A stretch of DNA of 64,000 bases from the NCBI GenBank assembly GCA_012295275.1, contig CM022669.1, forward strand, positions 11,098,001 through 11,162,000, given 5' to 3'. Positions 54,761-64,000 of this stretch are shown here, in pieces. Position numbers and translations under genes: made by a program. A model generated the notes under the pieces. It did no database searches. It was not told where the DNA came from and was given only the letters and a program-made list of their open reading frames with translations. Positions within the stretch are counted from its first letter, which is position 1. Each line of letters begins with the position of its first letter. The stretch comes from Chrysomallon squamiferum (lineage: Eukaryota; Animalia; Mollusca).

Positions 54761-55642
54761 CTTTTATTAATTAGCAGAGATCGGAGAGGGTTTTTCTTAT
54801 TTTTCTTATTTTTTTTTATTTTTAAATATTACTCACACCAAAACGACCACACGTGCCTATCTGGGCATGATGCTTTCCGCGAGCTGAGGCGACTGTGTCG
54901 TTACAAAGACGTTGGTAAATTGCTTCACAGCTGCGGAAAAGTTTTTCGACTCATCAAATTTAATACTTGGGTTATCGCTGATTTTCATAATATGGATTGG
55001 CCGTTTTAATGACGCGGAAAATCTTCAAGATGAGTGGTCAGAAACTTATGAATCATTCTTATTTCGTTAATTGGAAGTCTTGAAATTTTTTGTGAGATAA
55101 AAAAAAAAAAAAAAAAACACAACAACACAGAACTCGTTGATTATAACGACTGTTTTTGAACCGTGACTCAAAAATTGAAGTTATTAATCAATAACTATTG
55201 ACCGTGTATAATTAAACGATTCTGGATTGGCAAAAATGAACATACAGTCAAAATCTAAACGCTTTTCTGACATCGTGGACGAAGAAAAAGAGTTTTCTTG
55301 TTTGGGAGTTTTGAGTTGGACACTTTCGTTTTAAAACCAGAACGACAGACTGAAGATTTTGTATCGACTGAGTTTTGGTAGAAAGACAAGAACTTTCAGT
55401 GAGTGAGTATAGATGATGTGAATAAATATTTAAAAAGTCTAAAAAAAAAAAAAACACAATTAGAATTTAGAAATGAAGTGAAAATTTAAGGTACAAAAAA
55501 AAAAAAATTGATGCCAAGACTTTAAATTTTGTTTTACGAATACTCGTAGAAGCAGGAATTTCTGAAAATACCTGGATGCCGAAAACTTTACCCTGACTAC
55601 ATCGACACCAACGTGGACATTATCACAACGACAACCGCTACC

Positions 55643-55700
55643 ATGAAGTACTCTATCATGCTCGTTCTGCCACTGTTATCGATACGCTTCAATGCTTTAG
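55643..55700 (+). CDS. First coding exon (signal peptide) of a secreted or cell-surface protein; remainder not found in window
   Basis: gctaccATG Kozak-like start; MKYSIMLVLPLLSIRFNAL(G) has a basic n-region and hydrophobic core; consensus phase-1 donor AG|GTAAGT at 55700. Confidence 0.65.
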
Positions 55701-57520
55701 GTAAGTTAATCTTGTTTTCTCGCCAAATCTAATTTAGCATAAATAAATTCGATTTGAATCACGTGACCGCTTGCCAGCTTCGATACAAAAGACCGGAGGG
55801 CTAATTTCATTGCAAACTACAAACCTGCCATTAATACTCCCCAAGAAGTTAAGCACGTCACAAAAATGTTCTTGTCCAGCCATGGTCAGTTTAATAACCC
55901 CCCATTCACCCCGTATTACAAGATGACCACAAAGCTATGCTGGCCGTAACCTGAGCAGGACTCTGTAATTGGCTGGAAGATTAATAATGCACAAGTTTGG
56001 CTCTGACATATGGATTCATTGTGCAAACTTGTGAGCGGTTAAACTCGCGAGCAAGGGAACATTACAGAGTCAGATTTCCGCAGTTAATCCGTACGTGTTT
56101 GTCGTATTAAATATTAACGTTAATGATCAACACCGCGTTTCTTTATCGACGCGGTAAATGCTGAATCGCAAAACGGCGTTTCTGTGTGAATTTGTTTACA
56201 CGACCACGTCAAAGATGCATAAGATCTTTTATATATTCTATTTATTTATTTATTTATTTATATATTTATTTATTTGCCTGTTTGTTTTGCTATAGATATT
56301 CAGAAAACAGTTTTGTTCTCTCTTTATTTTACCTTTTAAAAATATTTAAAATTTCGTCATCATCATCTTTTATTATTATCATACGTCTTTAACTGAATAT
56401 TAAATTACGTTTTTAAAGTCAGTCGGTTTAGGCTGGACATTTTGAATATTATCCAGGCATTTTTTATTTTGTATTCTTTGGCCATAATATTATTACGTAC
56501 ATTAAATAAATCTCACATTTAGTAATTTCATATGTTTGTTCCACTTCAGTATGTTTCAAGAGTGTATAACAGTAACCACAGAAGATGAAATAAATAATTA
56601 ATAAAGGACATAAAAATATCTCCTGATTTCCTTTTTGACCAATACCTTCAGCTATTATCACTCGTACAGAATGAGTCACTTATGATATAACAATATTTAT
56701 CTAACCCAAGCTCGTTTTTATCACTTTGTTTATTTATACATAAAGTTTTGTTTTCATTTAAAGGTACAGTTTTTTTTTTTTCTTCACTTGGGGAAAAAAG
56801 ATAAGTGTTTTATTTAACGATGCAATTAAAATAAATTTTAAAAACGACATCAAACAAACAAACTTTGGTTATGTTGACGCTGTGGTTAATTTGTAGCTGT
56901 ATCAGTGTATGGTAAAAGAAAACTTCCATACTTCAGAATGTAACATGTTTGTAAAATATAGTTAACGATAAATTCAAACTACACTTACATTTCATCATTA
57001 TATATATATTTATATATAGTAAACGTCATATATAAAATGATGATCATGTGACATACTACTTTAATTCAGTTAACTGACTGACGGCTTGAAAAGAGCACGT
57101 AGGCATCTGAAATTCTTGACACTTGTTCATCTCTCAGATTTCTGTCAGTTGTTTGACTTTAAAACATTTTGCAGGAGTCAGTCAGAATGAGCTCTGACTT
57201 CAAGCATGCTGCTCTATGTTAAAGCATTCTAGTTATGTTCTGACGTCATAGATAACAAAACGCAGTATTTCGTAAATGAGTTTTCCCTCGTTTGTTCCTA
57301 GAACAGTTTCGTCAGTATATTTTCATTCCTTTTGTTTTATTTTGTTTCAGCTGTTTGACCTAGGCTGTGTTTATTTAAAACTGTTCTTTCTTATTTCTTT
57401 TATTTTAAAAATAGTGTTATTTTCTAATTTAATATATTCTTTAATTTTGTATGTATATGTCTTGTTTATCTTTTTATTAGAATTTCCTTCTTCTTCTTCT
57501 TCTTCTTTTTATTATTATTA

Positions 57521-57590
<70 letters not shown>

Positions 57591-58044
57591 CATCATCATC
57601 ATTATCATCATCATTATTATTATTATTCAGAAATGTCAACTGATACTGAAAGTTTATATATATTCGTACATCCTTATAAATACGCACACATACACACATG
57701 TATATATACATACACATACACATACATACATACAAACATATATATTTACATACTTATGCACACAGACACAGACACAGACACACGTATGTATATAAATACA
57801 ACAGTTTGATATAACGAAAGCTGACAGCTTATAAACAAAAAGTGAGAGAAAAATCTGCAAGCGGCAGGACAGTGTTCTGTGTGTTTACATTGACTTACTT
57901 TAAAATAAACAAAACGATAATCATTAGAAACCATCTTTCTTCTTTTTTAAATGTTCTAAATAGATTCCTTCTTACGTCTTTCTGTAACTACTAACATTTT
58001 CAGTTTCTTCTCTTTCTTTGTTTCTCACTTCTTCTTTTTTTATA

Positions 58045-58075
<31 letters not shown>

Positions 58076-58972
58076 GAGGTTCGTTTTATTTTTGGTTTCT
58101 TATTTTAATCTAAAAAACATCCTTAAAAATATCTATCACCGTCAGAAATTTTGGACTGCATATATTTCACGTTAATCATTTTGATATGTTGTGTACTTTA
58201 TACACTTATATAGAATTTTAAAATCATAAATCATTGTGAAATCTGAGCTGAATACGATACGCACAAACAGACACATATACACTTAAACATTCAGTTACAC
58301 ATAAACGCACACTTAAATACACACACACGTACCTCCACGATCTCATTCACATGCACACTGATACACGTGGAAATACATATATACATTACATACCAACAGA
58401 CAGAGATATACACTCATCCCTTATACATACATTAAAAAACGTGTTTTCTCCACTAAACACATAGTACATAGCTGAACACTTAGATATCTGTTGCTTACAC
58501 ATCGTTTCTGATGACCCTTAACTAATTTAAAGAACAAATTATCGGAATATGTTTGAAGTCACTGTGATGAAGAAAAAGAAATGTACGTCAGTTACTTCCA
58601 AGGTTACGTATATTACGACATACCATTATTATTATTTTAATTCCTGTTACACAACGTTATTGTAAGTGATACTCAATTACTCAAGTGAATGCTTAGAAAA
58701 CTGGATCCCCTGAGTGAAGAATAATGCATAATATAAACTGATGATTACAATTAATAGTAATTACCAATTACTATCACTACTACTACTACTACTATTAATT
58801 CTACTTCTACTACTATTACTACACATTTGTTCTTCCTACTACTAACAATAACACGAACTACAAACATCAGTACTTACATTCTATATATATAATAATAATT
58901 ATAAATGAATGTAAGTACTGATGTTGTTATTTTTATAGTTATTATTATTATTATTACTATTATACGACTGTC

Positions 58973-59069
<97 letters not shown>

Positions 59070-59172
59070 ACACACACACACACACACACATGCACACACC
59101 AACAAAACATAATTATGAAATTATTTTTTAAATCTCGTGAACACACCCATACAAGATATATGTTTTTTGTTT

Positions 59173-59203
<31 letters not shown>

Positions 59204-59977
59204 TCTTCGAGTTCTGTGAAGTTTATCATAACTCATACACACAAACACCGGCTTTATTACACCGCAGAAAGGTGTTATATATCAACACTCGCAATTAGAT
59301 AATACATCAACGTTATCATCACAACAGACATGCACGCGAAATCATCATCGTCATCAACAGTACGGTTTACAAAAGACGTTTATATTTACGTAGAAATAAA
59401 CATCGGAGATGTTGTACAGAAAACACTATCAGTCTCCGTATCTACTTTCACAAGGAAACCAAACACTAATAAATTGTCGAAAAATCTGCTGGTGCCATCT
59501 GCTTAAAGACAAATAAATCCTGCCAGATAATTGGCCTGTTTACTGTGAGGGGGCAAACAGGAGAAATGAACTCTAAACACAACAAGTAAAACGAGTGTGT
59601 TATCTGTCAGGTGTAAGTTTTAAACTATTGGGAGATACTTTAATAGACAGATAGGAATGTTTTGGGGTGTTTGCTTGGGAATTTTGTTCATACTTTTTAT
59701 AAATTAACGTGATTAATGTGGGTGTTAGTTGTTGTTGTTGTTGTTGTTTTGTTAGAAAAAGAAGAAAGAGAAAGAGGAGCCTTCTGAATATTGGTAGTAG
59801 TAGTAGTATGTGTTATTGTAGTAATAGCAGCAGCAGAAGAGTGTTAATAGTATTAGTTGTCGTAGTAGCTGTTGCAGAAATAGTTATAGTTGTTCTGTAG
59901 TAGAAATGGTGCAACAGTAATATGTAATAGTTATAACAACAGAAACAGCTGTAATGTCGCTCATATAACTGCAATTA

Positions 59978-60290
59978 ATATGTTCGAAATATAACTACAA
60001 TGCCGATAGTAACAATAATAAAGTAAGCATCTAAAAAATAAAAATAAAAATAATTAAAAGCGTTAATTTTATATTTTTGAAATGTGTTTAAAATATGTTT
60101 GAAATATAGCAACAATATCGGTAGCAACAACAGTAATAATATAAGGATCTAAAACAAATATAAATAAATAAATAACAAAAAGGTTAATTTTATATGTTTG
60201 AAATATAACAGCAATATCGGCAAGTAGCAACAATAATAAATTAAGTATCTAAAAATAATTATTATTATAAATAACAAAGAGCGTTCATTT
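59978..60290. repeat. ~110-bp tandem triplication
   Basis: atatgttygaaatata..caat..cg..agyaacaa..taa..taag.atctaaaa recurs at ~59978, ~60093 and ~60192. Confidence 0.7.
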
Positions 60291-61114
60291 CATTCTTCAG
60301 TAATCAGCAAACTCAATTATAAATCACATTAATTTCAGATTAGACCGCCAGGTCTTTTAAAATTGTTTCTTTAAAAAAAAAAATATTTAGAATTTAATCT
60401 ACTTTTCAGATCACCTCTGGCTACAATTATAACTCACAACATTATTGTCAGGTATTTTGTGAAACGAAGCGATAACCACTAAATTAACATGTTGTTGTTA
60501 CTGAGCTAATTTTAGTTTTATTATTATTATTCTTGTTCTTGTTGTTTTCTTTTTTTCTTTCTTTTTTATACTTTTTTTTTTCCTTTGGAGTAATCTATAT
60601 CGTCTAAAATTTTAATTATATGGAGTTTTTTGTTTTGTTTTGTTATTTTTTCATTTTCGTTTCTTCTTCTTTCATTAATTTCCACGTCTAGTAGAATATT
60701 TTTGTGTAGATGTCTTAATGCGCTCATACAGCTTCACTTATTTTTGAATATGGTGTCAAGTACGCCTTTCGTGAACACAACTTAGGACCTAGCCTAAGAA
60801 TTCTGACCAAGACTGCGACGATTTTATTTTATACAACATCGGTGGCTAGGGCATTACTCTTAAACATGACAGGTACTAACAGTAAACTGACGAGCAGTCA
60901 TATCGCTGTAATCTTATTTCTAACTAAGCCGCTAACACTATCATTGTCTTAGGCCATTAAAGCCATAATTATCTTTCTAAGGCTATTACTAACTTAGGCA
61001 GAAAAACAACCCTGCATGGTACGCGTGTACCTGTACGTAGACAGCTCCAGTTGTTTATTTGAATGATTCTGCTGTTAGTTCCTCTTCTGTGCTGTTAAAA
61101 TGTAAGACAGTCAC

Positions 61115-61211
61115 ATAAAGTAAAATCTCAAAGATTGTTATATAAAGTAAAATCTCAGAGATTGTTATATAAAGTAAAATCTCAGAGATTGTTATATAAA
61201 GTAAAATCTCA
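61115..61211. repeat. 27-bp tandem repeat (ATAAAGTAAAATCTCAGAGATTGTTAT) x~3.5
   Basis: Directly visible. Confidence 0.85.
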
Positions 61212-61371
61212 TGGACACTGATTTTAACACTGTCGTGTGGTAGTGCTGGTTACTAGAATACGTTAACAATAAACGCGCTTCTAGACTAAAAAGTTACGGC
61301 TTTATTAGTATGAAAGTAACCTGTATCAGAAGAGAGATATATTTTTATCTATATATATCTTTATCTATCTA

Positions 61372-61451
<80 letters not shown>

Positions 61452-64000
61452 ATTAATCCTAATCTCGATGACGTCATCTCTGTGCTAAACTGACCAATGT
61501 CTTCCAGTCTCGCAAGTCGCTGGACCGGCTGAGAACCACGCAGGACGACAGCTGATTAATTCTCTTCATGTTTCACCTCGGAACGACTAAACCGCGCGCC
61601 TCTACTTCATCAAACGCAGATTTCAATGTCTTTCTTAACCTCACGTGCAGGTGGGGCGGCCGGCAGAAGCAATTACATCCAGCTTAATCCATGGCAATTT
61701 CCTCCAGCGAGATGTACGATAATCATTAACAATTGTTCATTTCACGTGCGCGCCTGCTAACTTCCGCGCGTTTAGCCAGATTCCAGCTATCTGCGATTCA
61801 ATGGGCAATTAGTCGCTAAAATATCCCCGCCAAAAAGACAATCGCCTTCTGCAAATATTTGCAGACGACGATCAATCAGAGCAGGTATTTGCATGTGCTG
61901 CGCATCAGCGGGATCCCGAAAAGGTCGAGATGTCAAATCGCTATTGACCGGGACAATCCGGAATCTCGCGAACTTCCAGCGTCCTGGCGGTGCGGGGTTT
62001 TATACCAGTGCTTTCTTTTCATTAACTTTTCGATTCTTAATCTCTCTCTCTCTCTCGTCGAGATTATTAATTTCCACACAATGGAGAATTGAAAAAAAAA
62101 AAATTGATCTCTGCTGAAAAACAAGAGTTCACGCGAGGTTACAAAAATTATCAGTTTTTTTTCGAAGGGTGGCGTTCGGCGGATATGAACGTGCACTGAC
62201 ATTTAATATGTCACGTATCGAATGGTTGTTTTGGAATTAACGGAAAGTATCGTCACACAAATGAAAATAAATGAAAAATAATATGATTGACTTGTCACGT
62301 TGAAAACTTGATTTGTATTGAAAGACAAATTTAGATGATCTTTTCTGCACTTAGTTATTTATAGCAGCTTTAGTAAATATCAGGACATTTTGTTTTGTTT
62401 CGTTTTCTTTCTTCAGAAGTTGTACAAATTTATAATTATCTTTTTTTTAATTTTTATTACACCTCATCTATTTTTATCAGCTTTTTTACTAGAAAAAAAA
62501 AAAGAAAAAAAAAGAAATACAGTTGTCTGCTACAGTTGATTCAGATCTACTTATTCTATTACGTCCAATGCAGTGTATGATTGATATATTGGGTTAAGTC
62601 AAAAAGCCGGAGGTATTTGATAATGTGGTTTTATTCGTTGTAAATCACTCCTATTTTACAGCGCACTCAAACAGCTGAACTAGCAATTATCGTGCCATCA
62701 GCCGGGCCGGTTTACTCTTAAATGTCACACACTGGCTAACAGCTTTTGCTGTATTTCACTGTTCCACGTCATTACTCCGAGTCGTTCACATGTTTCATGG
62801 ATAATTGCATCTCCAATAAACTGTCTGTTTTTGCTGCAGTGTTTCTTCCACGTTCGTAGACCACGCTAGAACGACATAGCAAGAAGAAGAAGAAGAAGAA
62901 GAAAAAGAAGAAGAAGAAGAAGAAGAAGAAGAAGAAGAAGAAGAAAGAGAAATGTTTTGTGCTTAATGTATCGCCTGAAGGAACACTTTCTTTCCTATTT
63001 TTTTTTAACGCCTTTACGGCGGTCGAGAACATCGCTGAAGAAAAATAATGAATAAATACAAATTTTTTTAGGTGTGAGAAATTATTGTATTAACTTTGTT
63101 GTAAAATGTCGCTGATTTGGCAAATTCATACAGAGTTCGTTAAGTCTGAACAGAGGTTTTAAGCTAAAATTACAAATATATTGTGTTATTATTAGCTCAG
63201 TTTGTAGCAATAAATAGACGTTTGCTTAAAGATAATTCAGTGTGTGTTTGTGTTTGTGTGTGCGTGTGTGGGTGTGAACAACTATTCAATGTTGAATATA
63301 CATTTTTATAATGTTGATTAGAAGAGTAGAAACCTGTCTCGACATTTCATGTACCTACAACTCTGCATCATAATCCATTTGCACTATATTATTCTGAAAT
63401 AGAAGACATAGCAATAGTAATCCTACGAGAATCAGTCATATAACCATTGGATATTAGCCTTGTAGAAAGGTTCTTCGTAAGCGCCACTGTTTTTAAACGA
63501 TCATGCCGCAGCGGCATCGGGTTTCTTTTTTAATATCATCGTATAAAGGATTAAAAAACCCGTTAAAACGTATGACATTTGTTACACTCGTGTAAAGTAG
63601 TAACAAAACGTAACATTAAACACTCATTCATTCCATTCATTTTCTGTCGCGGTTCTGATTGTGGCTACTTGGAACAGATGCGTCAACTGTCAATTAACAA
63701 TATCTCCATCTTCTGTTCGTCTGCAGAAGTCTTTGTCAACTCACAGTAATTCAGTCTGTTGTTCAGATGTACTATAACACTAACAGTTTGCTCTTGAAGT
63801 TTATTTGTCTCTTAAGACTTATTGTTTACGTTTCTTCGTCGTGTTCAAATCTGTTCTTCAAATTTATTCGTTTGTTCAGATCAGTTATTTAAGCTTATTC
63901 GTCTATACAGATATATTCTTTAAGTTTGTTCTTCTATACAGATTTATTATTTAAATTTATTCGCATATTCTTATTTATTCTCTAAGTTTATTCGTCTATA

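Noticed and set aside
54614-55009. 131-aa ORF in the promoter/leader region
   Set aside because: TTG start, runs through a T-rich low-complexity tract, no recognisable homology; better explained as 5' UTR.
60770-61000. cttaggacctagcctaag-type motifs suggesting a DNA transposon remnant (similar ctggtcgtaa repeats at 21068-21110)
   Set aside because: No complete terminal inverted repeats or target-site duplication could be delineated by eye.

Overview
AT-rich, microsatellite-dense eukaryotic (animal, plausibly molluscan) genomic DNA with spliced genes; most entries in the ORF track are translations of simple repeats. Manual splicing gives: (1) three 5-exon paralogous SAM-dependent methyltransferase genes of the METTL27/WBSCR27 type, A (minus, 1776-4180) and B (plus, 5673-9577) forming a head-to-head inverted duplicate, and C (plus, 14827-23418) an older paralog; (2) a BTB-BACK-PHR gene (BTBD3/6-like, 25799-27677) with two coding exons; (3) a minus-strand multi-pass membrane protein resembling a divergent GPCR (30606-31376); (4) a displaced fragment of methyltransferase B exon 2 at ~39.5 kb; (5) a signal-peptide first coding exon at 55643-55700 with a CpG-rich upstream region and several enhancer-like islands. 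TA-flanked MITEs, a degraded SINE and minisatellites are also present. The most notable signals are patchwork sequence homogenisation among the paralogs (exon 3 of C is nearly identical to B while its other exons are highly diverged), divergence concentrated at likely substrate-binding segments, and a GTG-initiated, mitochondrial-presequence-like extension on paralog C. All alignments and counts were done by eye.
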